Source of the DNA: Laetmonice hystrix
Taxonomy: Eukaryota
Assembly (NCBI GenBank): GCA_965235115.1
Contig: OZ249438.1
Coordinates: 22,444,001-22,508,000, forward strand
Reading direction: 5' to 3'
Length of the DNA stretch: 64,000 nucleotides
The translations under genes were made by a program, and so were the position numbers. The notes beneath the pieces are model-generated. The model was not told where the DNA came from. It ran no database searches and saw only the letters and a program-made list of their open reading frames with translations. Numbering within the stretch: the stretch's first letter is position 1; the number at the start of each line of letters is the position of its first letter. Positions 12,269 through 27,743 of the stretch are shown here, piece after piece.

Positions 12269-13757
12269 GTTAAGAATGGTGGTAGACGTAAGCCGATCAC
12301 GTACGAACCACGTGCATAATTAAACACAGATGTAAATCGGCTCATCAGTGCATGGTTTTATCGTCCTCCGCTTGTTATGATTTGCTGTATCCCTCTCAAC
12401 CTTCTGTTTTCAAGCCCGTCACTGTTTTTCTTTTGCACATACTCGATGTAATCTCTTTTCCAATAGACACGTAAACAATTAATCATTAATATAAACAATT
12501 CAACACGATTTCAGTCGATTTTTTCGCTCCCATCTATCTCTTCGTCAGCCTAACAATTTTAATCATGCCAATACAGCAAAGTTTACATTGATGTAGAAAA
12601 AGGTAAATAATCACGTCTGCCTGAAATATCGCATAATGCTTACAGTAATATAGACGACGTAGTGTTGTCAATGGCGAACTGAAGGAAACACCAGTGTAAA
12701 AACTACACATGTATAGCTACTAAATTGATTATTCTTCCCTTTTTAACTCAAAACGCTTAGTTTCCACTTAGAGTCTATTTTTTAAAGGCAAACATAAGGA
12801 ATGCAACAGGCACTTAATATAATGACTTATTGGAGAAGAATCTGCTATTTTTACACAAAAACCGCCTTGCAATAGGGAACGACTGGAGTTGATAAAAAAA
12901 AGCTGACGACTCTGATAACAATGTATTCATACCTACTTCACCATGATATTGAAACTTTCTATTGCAGCGTTATTGGTGTTAAACGATGCAAGCAATCTCG
13001 TGATTTATATCGTTATAGGGAAACATCACGACCGAACCATCCAATTTATACCACCTTAAAAAGACAAGATATTGATTCAAGACAGAAGATCGTGAAATGC
13101 TCTGCTATTCTCACACAACCCATCAGGCGGCCCATATTTAGATGACTTAAGTGATTTCAACAACATTTGAATTGAGTGTATTTTTGAATAATGTTAAGTT
13201 TTATTTATATTCAAATATTTAGCTAAATATGAGGTGTCATCAGAAAGGATTATTAGGAAAAATTAAAGTACAATGAGTTGGATCAATGTATGTTATATAG
13301 ACAGGTCGCTCTGATCGGGAAAATCCTGCCTGATACACATGCAGATGCTGTCAAGATAGATAAAAGACGCCCAATCTATGGGAAAAAACTCGGCTTTATA
13401 TTAATTGTTATCTGTGCTTTGCGTAGAATACAAGGTATGTTACATTGCTAGACATGAATATTTATCCAATTATTACCTATAAATATCCTTTAATAAAAAT
13501 GAAAAACATAGTGTACATATGTACATACGCTTTTTCTATTAATTAAACAGATCCAGTAGCAATGCTAACTATAAGGATATTACACGTCGATAATTCAATA
13601 ATTCAACTCCCATTTTTTCTATATACATGTAATTATCTGCCAAAAGTATCGTTTCACAGGCTGATGATACATCATTATCTAAGTACAGGTTTAAATTGTA
13701 GTTCTCACTGTGTTCTAGACGCACTATGATGGTAACAGATTTAGTTGATTCTCTATT

Positions 13758-14279
13758 TGTTTGTAATGTGGACAAATTCTTCTTTTATTTAATTAAGCTA
13801 CTAAGTCAAACTGTGATCTCTTATACTGTTACTATATGTGAAAGTATAAAGTGTAAAGACTACACTAAAGTTGTCCATTTGACTACCATTTTTCCTCAGT
13901 GACTGCCCTAAAGTATAGACTACCCTAAAGTCGTCCATTTGACTACCATTTTTCCTCAGTGACTACCCTAAAGTATAAATACTACCCTAAAGTCGTCTAT
14001 GTGACTACTATGTTTTTCTCAGAGAGGAGTAGAATCTTCCCGTGCATGTGTACATTCGTTATAATGTTTGTAATGTGGACAAATTCTTCTTTTATTTAAT
14101 TAAGCTACTGAGTCAAACTGTGATCTCTTATACTGTTACTATATGTGAAAGTATAAAGTGTAAAGACTACCCTATCAGAGAAAATTATTTATTATCCAAT
14201 TTATTGCAATACAGTAAGGGAAATGTGGAACTGAAGAATTTATGAGTAGAATCTTCCCGTGCATGTGTACATTCGTTAT
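13758..14279. repeat. Local duplication with an internal ~60-bp triplication
   Basis: 106-bp block at 13758-13863 recurs at 14065-14170 (1 mismatch); 36-bp block at 14037-14062 region recurs at 14244-14279; three ~60-bp copies (ctaccctaaagtcgtccatttgactacc...) lie at ~13858-14035. Confidence 0.9.
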
Positions 14280-17200
14280 GTCATACACATGGACCTGCAG
14301 TCACTGTGACCAAAGTTCCTCTCAGCCACAAACTATCCACTCACTGAGTAACAGCAACGTAATTAAAGCTGCACTTTCGTGGAAAAGTATTAATATATTG
14401 CCATTTGGTAGACACAAAGTCTTGAGGCACTCTGGTAGTTGAAAGTCATCTAATGTGGTAGTACGCTGATGAAAATGATAACCCTGACTATTGCAGGTGG
14501 CACTAACGTCATTATCAGTTCCACCCTGCGACTTCAGCCTGCTTTATCGTGCTATCAGAGGCATACAGAAAATTAGACGGCTATCCCCAGCTGAACGGCC
14601 ATCATATAATATGAAAGCAGGGGTTGTCCTAAGCCGCCAAGCTCGTCGGACTCTCGGGGCTTGGGGACACGTTTGTTTCCTCGGTGAGAATTATGGAGAC
14701 ACCAGGCCCGCCCAGTCCGTCTCTCGAGGTACCCCCGCCAACTGGATCTAAGTTGGTTTGGGCGTCCCCAGGGCCCCGCCAATTCTCAAATCAGGGTGGT
14801 ACGGTTCCATAGGCAATTGCGCACGGACAGTGGGCAGCCGGGCGACGGCGACGGGAGCCGGGCTCAGGGGAACGCCAATCGAGGCGCCAAATTGCCACGC
14901 CGAAATCCTCCCACCCCGAATTAACACACGTATATGGCCTTGGTAGACTTATGTGTCAGTCTCGGCAACATTGCCTTGATTGCTGTCGCGCCTTGCTGCA
15001 AGTCGGCTGTTCCTATCTACTGTCAAGACACGCCGACCACCCCGATAAACTAACACACTGTATATGTACATATTATGCATGGCTTGCACGCAAAAGTTGC
15101 AGATGTCTTTCTTGACGCACTTTTTGCGAACCGAGTCAGCTGCCATCCAGGTCATAATTATACATCACAAGTGAGTTTCACCTTCTAAAGACAATGGTAT
15201 CCCTTATAAAAGAGAAATGTTAACTTTAAGGAAAGTGAGCTTGAAGTTGTATCTAGACTACAATATCTTTGCGGTTTCGTTCACTATAGAATAGCGCCAC
15301 AGACACGATACCGCATGGCGAGAGTTGACAGATAAGGTCGCAAAGCGATTCTAAATGGTTGAAGATGATACGACGTAAACCGAGACATCAATGACTACAA
15401 GCTTAAGTGTTCCACCGACTGCCTGTGTAAACAAACCCTAGAGATCCAGTTACAAATAAGTCTCCTAGTCATGATTCACTTAGCTCTGATGTGCAGAGTG
15501 ACTTGCCTCTCCGAGGAAGACACCTCGGCAAATAATACCTTCCTCATTAAATGCCTTTTTTTCTTTCCTTTGAGACAAGGCGCACCGTAACACATTGGAC
15601 TGGACACTTGCGCCAAGATATCACGCAATCGATGCATTTATTGACCCTTCTCTCCATTCCAATATATTTTGGCACGTCCTAGCATAATGACGGAGCGTTG
15701 ATGGGCCAAGCAATAAGCGCCCTCTTGGGACTTTTAATGGCGTATTTTTTCTCTTTCTCTCATCGATTCCTACTCCCTATATTAAGTAAACAACGGGAAA
15801 TTGAGGTTAGCATCACAAATAAAAAAACACACGGTTGATTGATGCTGCGTCTAGGCTGGCAGCCATGGTAGTAAAGCTCTCCGCTCTTGCTGGGATATAA
15901 ACTGCAAGCTATGGGAAAACCTGTGCTGGGTCAACCTCAATACCAACAGTGTTAGTATTGTTAAATCGATAAGACGTTTACCCAGCACGGAAACAGTTTC
16001 ACATCAACCAGTTACAGACTCCCTGCTTATCGTGCACTTTCCTATATAGACATGACTGCATCCTGAACGCCGTCTGAGGTAGCACGGTTACGTAAGTCAG
16101 AATTAACAAAATATGAAATGATTGCGTGACCAGAGATCAACAAAGGCTGGTTGTCATTATGACCCGCTCAGCCTGGACGCAACAAGACAGCAGGGACGTA
16201 ACTTTAGGTATGTAACACTAATATGGTCTGCGTATACACTGGAGAGAGAGCGTCAGCATACCTTCGCATCCTGTTCATCGTGAAAACATACACTCATTCA
16301 GAAAATACGTAATGTAAACGTGGATATGCGTGGCATTTGGATAGATTTTATACTGAGAGACTCGGTCTCTTCTTTTACTCTGCAATCTGAGTATTCGAGA
16401 GGGCCTCCGTACTTAATTTGTGCAATTAAGTCATAAGTGGAATGGGCTCAGGTGATCCAAACAGCCTTCTTTCCATCCAATTGGAATTACCTGCTTTTGC
16501 CTCGTGTGACCATGCGATCGTATTTGTGAGCCCCAAACATGCACGTGGCCATGCAGGTGAGCCTCCTGAGGTATCCCCTGAATAATTTGGAATCTCCTGC
16601 GCTGACTTCTTTGATGCCATATTGGTTGTCAGAGCCTGGTCATGGTGTACAATAGGATGCCCAAGACACGCAATAGCTTCCGGGATTAAATGGAAAACTG
16701 CTTGGCCCCGACCATTGTCGTCCGCACACGTTTTCTGTGTCCCTTTCAAAGTGGTTACATCCAGCCGCTGATAATGCAATTTTCTTTACCAGTTTCCGAG
16801 CCACGGAACCTGGAGGATATTGGCGTGCACAGGATGAGCACGGAGGGGTGGCCCCGCTGAAAGACCGGGACCCTATCCTCTATACCTCACGGTCAATACA
16901 AAACTCTATATAATGGTTTCCGTCTTTTACAGAACACGCACATAGTAGGTCTGACTCAGTGCATAACAGGGTCTAGAAAAAATGTATGGTATAGGTTTAC
17001 ATGTGTATTTCCTATAGACATCAGCAAGGCAAAATGGTAATTTCCACTTTCAGAAATAACAAAAGAAGAACTTCACTAAGAAAATATTCAAATTGCTTTA
17101 CATTTGAAAGAATATTATGTTTACTATATGTGGAAGATATCATGAAAGAAAATACAGCTCTATGCATGTGAACGCGCACGATCGAGTTCATTTAAAGTGA

Positions 17201-20200
17201 AAAATCTCGTGGGTAAATGTCACCACCTTAGAGTGAAACGCGCCGATCGTACCACAGTTTCAGCCAAGAGAGCTCCTTGCTGTACATTCGCCACGGTAGT
17301 TTTGCCACTCTGTATAACCATGCCGTCCCGTTCATCTGTAATATCTCTGTATCTGCACGGATACATACATGATCACAGGATGTCTCTGTCCCGTTTTTTG
17401 GTCTTACACTGTCGGTCTATGTAATCTACCCACCTTGTACATGGAGCACTATTTTTGTATAGACTACATGGCAGAATGATCCATTTGGTTGTATGTTATA
17501 GCATTGGCGAGGATATCCTGCATGTAATTATTCAGTTTGCCATTTGATACGCCAGAATCCGAATGAACACGTGCGCATTCGGTGATCTGAGCGCACCAGT
17601 CATAACATACAAACACATAATGCGGAGACGTTAAAAGCCGCGAGTGGATCAGCATCTCATTATGTAAAGGATGAGGTATTCGTTTCTTTATGAGTACATA
17701 TAGATTTAAAGAGAAAGGCTAAGTGGCATATTCCCTCGTGGTGATGGGGAAATGTATATCTCCTTGAGTGCGACAGGATGAATGTGGCTCTTTACGTATT
17801 GAAGGCTTCACAAACATAGGAAAGCACAGTGCGGTCCCATTATGTGGCCTCAAATTAAATCATGACTGTACGTATACGATCAAAGCCCACATTCACCTCA
17901 TTAGACCAATGAAGCCGGCTCATGTAATAGAAGAAAATCTGTATAGGCCTATAGATTAGCAGTGATATGTATGAAAATTTCAAAGTGCGTATTCTGAAGA
18001 AAAAGCCTACCTGATTTGAGAATGGGGATCTGTAACCAGGACACGTAGGTGTGCGAGCCAGGAGCAGCGGTTACACTGGCCAGGTGGGAGACTGAAGTGA
18101 GCCCGGCCTCGTTTGATGGGAGGCGCCTCAGCGACAGGCGGTGTGTCTCGGGCGGGATGGGTGGGCCAAGGTGTCGGCGCTAAGGCCGGCCTCGGCGGCC
18201 ACCGACTGGGTTTGGGGTCGGGGGTGACGGCCGAGTACTGGCGCCTGTCCCCGTGAACTTAAGGTGACAGCGCCGGGTATCCATGCTTTTTTTTCTATCA
18301 TACCCGGGCCGAGCCCCATGCGGCTGGCTACCGGGGGCCCGGCCGACCGTCGGGCCGTGTTCGGGGTCAGGCCACCAATCTAATGGCCCGCTCCGGCCGC
18401 TGACAGGCTTAGCGGGACGGTAGGTCACCTCATTGCCGGTACACAATGCCAGCGGGCCGGCGGCCTCTGTTCTCGGTTAAGCGATGCCGTCTTCGGCCGG
18501 GGGTCGGGTTCCAGTGGAGGCCATGGGCGCCGGGCAGGCACTGTAGGGGGATATGTATCGATGGAACGCCGCGGGGGCCATAACCCCACCAACCCGCTAA
18601 GCCATCCCATTGTCAGTGGGCGTCGTGGATCACTAACCCCATCATGCGTGTTAACGGGGATCAGACAGGAGGTGCACCCTTTTTTTAACTTCACCGTCCC
18701 CGCAGATGGGTCCAGCCGAGCACGGCGTGGGGGTCATTGCCACGAGACAATACGGTGGATGGGGCCGTTAGGAGAGAGCAGCGTCTTAAACCCCAACACC
18801 CCTCTACCCCCTCTCTCTGCTCTATACAGAGGCGTGGCCGTCTTTGTCTGGCCTCTCTAAGAAAGCTCATCTCAAGATGACCGATAGGAGCCTGTCTGCT
18901 AGCCCTGCCCTCCCACCTCCCGGCTCGCCAGGCAATGAGATATAGAAAATGTGAACGACATTGTTGGGCGGCACGGGGTGGCAGCGGTGACCGGCAAGGA
19001 ATCGTTGCCGCAGTGGCCCGCACTTAATAGGGATTTCCGGCGTGGGATGACAACAAGCTGACATGTTCGTAACCTGACACATCCAAACAATAAATAACGG
19101 TTAAAGACACCCCAGAAACATGTTACATGAATGAAGCCTGAATATAGGCCACTTCAACTTGTAGCGCGGCCACAAACTGTGGCCCAACCCGCCATGGAGA
19201 CATGTTCTAGTTTCAGTACTGTTAGACAAATATCGAACCCGTTAAAACAAGATCAAAAGAACTCACAGTCAAGTTTTTTTGTCACGTTGACGCGGTACAG
19301 ATCTTGATACACCATCATGGTGTATTTAGTTACTCAGAGGCTCCATTGAAGTCACCGCTACATTACGAACACTACTATTGCCCTCACATATTACAGACTC
19401 TATAGGCAGAGTGACATGTAAGAATATAGTCGTACGGGGTTTTACGCCGAGATGAAGAAATGTACCTAAGTGACTCCATAAAAGCGACAGATTAACCATA
19501 TATATATATGCATGCCATGTCTGAGAAAGGATGGGTATAGATAGAGACGCCGTAATGTATGTAAGTGCATGATGGGCCGTCTGTCTGTTCGTCCAGCTGT
19601 TTGCTGACAGAAGTCTGCCCGGTCAGACCTTCATGCTACCAACAACCTCGTATACAAAGAAGAAGAACAAAGGCACTCAAACTGTTTTGATTCTGCACCT
19701 GAATCCTCTCGACGGTTTAAAAGCAGGCTCATAGAACACATGGAATATGTAGACATCAGACAACTTGCCCAGATTCTTTTCTTTTTAGTTAATCTTTTGG
19801 AAAAAGTGGGGAGAATGTATATCGTCATGAAACATGCATAGGTGTCATTAGCATTAGTACCCCTATTAGTGAACCCATTTAACATAGTTTGAGTGATGTC
19901 GAAGTAGATACTAGTCGTGCAGAATACTGTTTGAACCAGGTCACAGCTTTGTTTATTGTTCTAGGTGGGGGAAAGCAGAGGTAGAAATGAGGAATATGTA
20001 TGTGCGGTATATAGTATAACGTATAATTATTATCAGTAAGCACAAAAAGTAGGCATATAATTATGTATCATCGTCAGTGTACATGATAAAAAAAACTATA
20101 ACATGTACATTATACACGTATTGTTATCATGCATACTGTACATACTACATGTACAATGTATGTGCATCATGTAATACACAATGATATAGTAATCTGCATA

Positions 20201-22514
20201 CATGGATACATACATAGCCTATATATATTGACGTCAATGGAAGCGATTCCATGCCTTTGTTTTCATCGATCTTGATATCTATGACGCATACCCACGTCCG
20301 GCTATGATCTACACCGACCAGAAACCAAACACATATCTATGGATGCAAATGACAGACTCCAATTTGTATGGACACCCCTCCTCATCAGTCCATCTTCTAC
20401 CTTAATGATGACCTACGACACGTGCATACCATTAGCGTTATCTTCTCCTACCCGGTAAAGAATAAAAGGCTCGCTGAAAATAAAAGCTTGATCACAATAC
20501 GCCTCATTTGAATATGGTGATTAAAATCGATCAGTTCCGATGGCTAAACTGAAAGGATGTTGTGTAGGAGGTCTACTTTCTTCCTAACTATCGCATCATT
20601 ATCAGCAAAACAGGGGGAAAAACAAACATGTGCGAAACTTTCCACACGCTCACATAGTTTTGGCCACTTGGCCCGGAGACGGGCGTCCAGTAGTAATGAT
20701 TGGGGTGGCATTTAGACGTTAAATGAACCGTGTCTGTGGCCGATGAAGGACGCGCTCTAGGGGCCTGTAACCCAGAGATAGCCTCAGTCAGTGTGCACCG
20801 AACCGATTGTTTGATATATGCCAATCTCTCACGTTTTACGCCGGTTTTTTAGTTCTATGGAACGCCTGTGACGTGTGAACCGATAGAAGTGACGGTGATA
20901 CTGGCTAGATTTGTTTGATGAATTGATCCGCGTGGTCATGTTAAACACGCAATAAAAGAACACGCAGGCAGGGACAACATATAACGGATATTCGCCTCGT
21001 GTCCTAGAAGTTTTGGTCGTATGAGTTTAACTGCAGACACAAGTAGAAACCGAGGGCAATGGGGAACGCATTCTGAAACAACTCTGACTTTAAGAATAAA
21101 CTCATTATTGTTACCCCTGATCCCGTATAGGGGTCCATGTGGACTTGTGCCCACCCCGCCGTGTCCTAGGCCCTGCTCATGTCCTGAGTAGTACCTGAAA
21201 ATGCGGCATTGCCTCAGGCGTTGGCACAGGTGGCACAATCGGACTACAGATGGCCCGTGAAAGCCCCGAACTTATTCATTTATACCGGCCTGTCTTATTA
21301 ATTTAGATGGGCGCAGAAACCTGGACCCCACAACCGTCCTTTCTTCAGCCCACGATAACCTAAATAGCTTGGCGTATCAGCACCTAAATTAATCTCCACT
21401 GCGGAGACGAAAAGTAAAGAAAAAAAGGCGCTCGCTCGCGCTGTTGGAGCTTTCCCAGTAGCATGGAGCACTTACTCCAGTGCCGCTAGGCAATATGAAC
21501 AGAGTGGAAAAAATCGGGGTGACATGTTGATTTGAAAGCGTTCGGACAGGGCATGTAATACAAGAAACTAATGCGTCATTGGATGAGCACGGGACGCCGC
21601 GTTTTGGCCAGATTCCCCCAGAAAGACGACAATCTATCGGGTAACATTCCGTTGGGTGCCCGTTGCCTAAGCCTATTTTGCATACTGCTTCCACCGCGCA
21701 CCTCCCTCGCTGTTGCTAATGTATTTAGCGTAATTACAGTCGCACGCTTGTGATGCGCATGTTAGATCTCTATAATTAGCTCAGCAGACTTTTTTCCTCC
21801 CTTCTTCTCTGCACTGCCTCTCGTAACAACTCTGATCCTGGCAAGTGAAACCGTGAATGGAGGCTAGGTGCACATCGGTTGATCAATCCACATATGTATT
21901 AGACAACACAAACTAGATTGGCTGCCAACGTACAGATATTGGCCGGGATTTCATTTCCATCTCGGATGAGTAACTGTCCAGAAAGTTTCAATGAATTCCA
22001 CCCTATGATTATTCATCGAAGGGACGTTTTGTAAAAGGTTTCGGATTGTCTTAGGCTGGCTTCACATTGTGTCCGAACTCCCGGTCCTGTGGAAGCGACG
22101 TGTCTTTTAATGACGGGAAGCAGGACGACCGCTGACATATTTATGACACATTACCGATCGAATGAGTCGCAAGTTTTGAGGGAATCATTGCCATCAGGCC
22201 CATTAAACATATGGCAGCTTGTCGGCGGGCTATATCCAATGATGATGCCCTACCACTTCGCACTTACTCAGATATCAATTGGGCATGTATTTGATACATG
22301 CCGCCCGACAAGGTAATATGGGTGTGTGCAATGGAGGGATCCTAACAACGTCCGTATGGGCGGTGTTCATTATCAACATCTGACGTCGTCAATGCATTAA
22401 CAAACAGGAAGATCTTTTTGAGCTGCGCGATTGGAGTTTATCTCTCAATATAGAAAATAATCAACTGTCTTAGGTTACACGGATTCTTGATTTGAGCTGT
22501 GTAACCTACTATAG

Positions 22515-22516
<2 letters not shown>

Positions 22517-22566
<50 letters not shown>
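22517..22566. repeat. (CT)n microsatellite
   Basis: About 25 TC dinucleotides, with one interruption near the end. Confidence 0.97.
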
Positions 22567-23932
22567 AAGTTAGTTAGTCCTTATATTTAATATGAAGTTT
22601 CTAATATTTTCCAACTGTTTATAAAGGACATGCATGCATGTTCTAGGTCATACATAATATGTAAATATACATGTATACAGACATGCAGATGGACAGAAAT
22701 CAATGAGAGTGGATGTTGTTGATAATGAGATGAGATAATGGTGATGACACCTAATCCTTGTACACATGCATAGACTCCGGTATATGAGACTTACGTAACC
22801 ACTCTAGATGGAGAGCATATCAATATTGCTTGTGGAAAGCTGATCACGTTTTGCCAACGTTACTTTATAGTTGTTAGAAGCGGCTGCATGTTTTCACATA
22901 TACTTGGGTATATGTAGACATGGCCACCATCCCACAGCGTCGTCAGTTCATGGTTCTCTCAAACACGAAATCCCAGGGGCTCGTTTCCCTTTCTACCAGT
23001 ATGGCAGCGAGTGCATTGACTTTCCATGGCCACTTCAAAGCAAATGTTTGCAATATTGCTCGATGACCCGTGACATGATAAATCGCAATATCCTATTGGC
23101 AATTGGTAGACGCCAGCTGAAGCAAGAAGGTAGCGTCTGGAAATCTTGGCTATAGGCACACATTTCCGATGATGTCCTTAGCTTCCAATTGGCAAAGAAC
23201 ACACTTGTAATGGTAGACTTTGGTAAGTACGACTGATGCCGTTCGCAATTCGATGGCGAGAGGGACGAATTGCTGAAGGTAAAACCGAACGCTCAAGTGG
23301 GCAGAGTGGCCGACTGCGTATCAAGTCAACATCCAGTTTCTGCTAGAATTGGATTAAGACTTACAATACCCAAGTGATTCCCAGTGTCTTGTCGTGAAAC
23401 TCAGTCGGCGGTTTTCTATGAGAAAGCATGCCGCAGGAACCGTGGACCTATATTCCTTCAGATGACAATGTGATTTGGTAACGGCACATTGCACTACATT
23501 AAGCGGGTAAATATTATCAGGGGACCACCTGACTGCAAGGGTATCTGTGGCACTGTGCACACTGATTACGATAACAGTCTCTGCATGTAAAGATATAATA
23601 TAGGCAAAGATTGGAGCCATGGGGCTCCCAGAAATATAGCAGTGGGGGAGGAGAAACTGTGTGAAGATGTATATAGGCCTACATCCTGATTATTCTACAT
23701 GTGCTAGGGAACAGATACAAATGCCACAGCGACACGTGCAACAATCACACATGTGTAACAAGATTCGACAGACGGCCTAAGATCTTCCGCAAGCTGCTCG
23801 GATATAATGATCACTTCCTTGACTGAAGAAAGACCATCGCCGTAGATTAAAAAAAACAGTATACATCATAGAAGTCCAATGCATGGCTCGGGCTTGCCAC
23901 TGGCAAAAGAATGTAAAAAAACGCGTCACCGT

Positions 23933-23933
<1 letters not shown>

Positions 23934-23969
<36 letters not shown>
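23934..23969. repeat. (CT)n microsatellite
   Basis: 18 CT dinucleotides. Confidence 0.97.
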
Positions 23970-23971
<2 letters not shown>

Positions 23972-26900
23972 TTCTCTGCTTGAGGGCTTCAGTGGAGGTA
24001 TTATCATTCATTTTTAATGGCACCGACCGTGACGTAGTTTATAGACGTCCATACCCTGCGTGCCCGATTCAACATACTCCTTATATCATCTTAATTAAGG
24101 CTTACAAAGAGTAATTAAACAGGACAATAACTAACATTTGCTTCATTACCAAGGGTGTGTGGCATGTGATGCCCCGCCCCTATAGGCCGACTGACGGACG
24201 TTGAAATCCCAAACCGACTCCAATCCCTCCTGCCGACACACACACAGACTCCCTACTGTGATATACAAGACAACCGTCCATCTTTTTCCTCCCAGAACTT
24301 CATTCCGAATTCTGGCCGGTGCACATGCGTACCGCTTCATCACCTCGGGAGTAATTAAAATAACAAATTGGGCCCCGTTTTTAAAAAACGTGTACATTTG
24401 ATGACGCCGCTTACCAGCTCTGATTGATGACTAGAGTAAGAAAAAAGATTACTTTTTTGTCTTTCTTGGAGAGCATAGCGCGTGAAGAGTATCCATAATG
24501 TCGGGAAGGTCCCTTCGGTTAACGTTTGTCTATAAATCGCACTACTTAATGATAGAATACAGAGCCGTTACTTCATCCTAGACAAGTTTCTTCTCTCTTT
24601 ACAATTACCAGACTTTGGTTGCAATGACAACTTTTAGGAGGGCGAGGTACTTATCATTTCAGACAGACAAATAGCCGTCCTTACGAGGTTAGCCGAAAAC
24701 GTCCTATAGACCACCAATCCTGCTCGGTTTTGTCTATGCAGAACTTTTCGGAAATGGCGCGGCTGGCCTAAAAATGTATGAATAAGCGGAACCATCTTGG
24801 TCCCTGGGGTATCAACTATTTCCAACTATTGGTGTCCCAACGAAACCCTTTGCAAATACATCTCGGCCTCTGCAAATGAAGAGGCTCGACTGAATCCCAT
24901 ACGGGCCTTCCTAAACCAAATCACTCTCAAATAGATGGGTCTTGGTCCGGTGAAAACTCCACTGAAATTAAGCGTTACGGTTTCACACATCGGGCCGCAA
25001 AATGATAATCACTTTAAGGCAGCGTAGGATGCACATGAGACAATGATAATTAACAATTAACATGGGAAATAGGGACAATAACAAATGAGGTGTCACGATG
25101 TTGATCCTTGTTCATTTCAACGAATGCCTTTTGCGTTCAGGCACCAACCGAGCGTATAGGCATTAACAACGAAGCCATTTCAACCTTGCTCGCAGAGCCG
25201 CTATAGTCTAATGCCCAGGCGGCCTTCTTGGTCATTACGACTTGCCGGCTGGAAATTCATAAATTTCAATCGTCGTAAACGTTCGGGGGTTTGTTGGTGT
25301 AATGGAGCCTTGGGTTCCTGGCCGGCAAATGTAGGATGGAACCAGTGCTGGCCGCCGATCGTGTAAGTTGCGTGGGCCCGTGAACGAGACCCTCGGCAAC
25401 TTATTACTCATACCTCATACTGGCCGGCCTGTCATGTATGTACTCGCTGGACTGCCGCCTCCTACGAGGGCGTGGCCTTAATAATGTATTTGAATATTAA
25501 AAATGATAAATTTTAATTGCATCACGTCCGGTTAATCACGTTAATTAGCGCCTACGACTATGTACGGCATGAGTATGATGGAAAGTGGCCTGGAGAAATC
25601 ATTAGCGGGTTCAGTAGGCCGCTGGTAATGAGCCGAGCGTACATTAACAGGTAGATTAACTTAGAAGGCCGAAAACTTCATCAGATGAACTTCCAAATTA
25701 GCCCTATAATGCATTACCTGCGGCAACCATACATATTCTCAAACCACTCCACTTTAAAATGTCAACAACCCAGGCCCAATTCCCTGCCTTGTCAAAGTGG
25801 TTTGGGGAGAAAGCCTTTGACCTGCACGCTCTCGGAAACTTTCCATCGCCAGGGGTATACATTTGCGAGATTACGGTGAGATTAGCGGCTGTAAACTAAT
25901 TTCACCGGTTCATCATCCATGGGCAAAGACTTGTGGATGTCGGGCCAGTCAGCATCGGGACCGAATCCTGGCTCGCTGTGATCTGAGAGGGGGGAGGGGC
26001 GGAATAATAAGGGGGTGGGTGGCAAGGGGGGAGGGGTTCTTCTCAGTTGAAGGGCAGGGAAATAAGTTACGGAGATAAGGCCAGATGAGGTCTGTAGGAC
26101 CTTCGCACCCTAGCTTCCTCTCTCAGTGAGGAAAGCGTTTTGAACCAGCCAGGGGTCCACCGTAATCGGCGGCCGTTAGACGTCACCAATTACTGGGCTC
26201 TGCCATGGCGACGACTCTGCCAATAGCTCCCATCACCCCGTCATGCGGCCTCTCACAGATTTGTCACCCAATTTCCTATCCCCACCTGACTATTGAGTTC
26301 GTATCAACCAGCGTGCGATACTTTTTAATTTGGATCCACAGGAACCAGGCAACGGAAGGCGATATGACGGCCTCATCAGGGTTACTTTGATATCGGCGGG
26401 TGGCGTGCACGAGGAGCCTGGTTGGGGCGCGCTGATTCCGATAAGACACAATGTCCGTAATACACAACTCTGACCATGGGGGCCAGCGAGTGTCGCCCTA
26501 ACGAGCTTTCCTTCTACCGTCCCACATGTTTATCAAGGACGAGGGAAGCCACTGCAAGTACCGGCTAAATACGATACACACGGCCAACTCCAATCTAAGC
26601 AATCGGGCTGCATTTGCGTGTCACTCGCTTTAATCTCTTGCAGACATAGTAACTTATACGCACAGCCCCGTGCGTTAGGGTCGCCGGGCCGTTAGAACGA
26701 GGTACCATTGCGTGTTGTGATGGGCTTACTTTGTTGTAGCGGGCAAATGAAGGCAATGGTAGTATGGCGTCCTCGCTATAATGGTGCTGACGCATGTGGA
26801 GCCAATATCAGCGCTACTAATCCAACAAAAAGCAACGACGAGCAGCATCTTTTCACTGGATGGTAGAAAAATGTCAGTTGAAGATAACAAGATGTCAGTG

Positions 26901-27743
26901 AACGGATGTGTCAGTGATCTAGAGTGTCAGTCGCCGACGCATAAATTACCTCGCCATTGAAACTTTCTCACTCTCAAGGTGAATCAGAAACTCCAACAGG
27001 AACACCAATCGATAGTGAGAAATGTTCGCAAGGATAACGACCGCAGAAATAAGTAAAGTCATTATAAATCAATACAGATCACCTCACCTCACCGGGAAAT
27101 TTACAACTCCAAATCCATACTTCTATTGGCCGGCATGCTCAAGACAATTATACCTAGGGTTAATTTCCATATTTTTTGTTATATGTGAACAGTTTTGTAA
27201 GATGGTAAGAAAGACTGCCTGGTCAAAAGGGCTTTAACGATGGGGGTTATGTAACCTTTCTTTGAAACTCAAGCTAAGAGACTTCAACATCATAAAATTT
27301 AGAGCAGGACCCATTAATCGTATGGTAATTGACGATAAGATGGGCGACCAAAGTGGTAAACTACAGTAAACTCCTTTTAACTTTCCATAAAAAATTGCTC
27401 CGCACATGACTCTTCATCAGAGAGATGGCAATGTGGTTTTTCACGGCAGACCGGCCGGGCGCTTGGTGGTAAAATACAATTGGTCTTTTGTTGATCTTGA
27501 CAGACTCAGGCAGTTTTATTCAGGATAAAGGTCATGGTTATGCTACAACCGAACATTAAAGTTTCTTCCATGGCGAGGAAGAAAAGAAGATTTCTCCTGC
27601 TGTGGCCATGACCACAATTCACTGCCCGACACTACCCCAACATCCCCCTGAAAAACGTTCTTCATACGTTGACATTAGATCGTGCCCCATTGTTTCATGT
27701 CAGGAATAGATGCCGTGATTGACAAACTATCAAGTGAGATTTT

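Noticed and set aside
13215-13230. 16-bp perfect palindrome ATATTTAGCTAAATAT
   Set aside because: About one is expected by chance in a window of this size.
21476-21485. 10-nt minus-strand microexon (tgcctag|CGGCACTGGA|gtaagt)
   Set aside because: Not frame-preserving, no host gene identified, and such pairs are expected by chance in 64 kb.
22795-22803. 9-nt minus-strand microexon (catctag|AGTGGTTAC|gtaagt)
   Set aside because: No flanking coding exons, and the donor is part of a TTACGTAA palindrome; needs junction reads.
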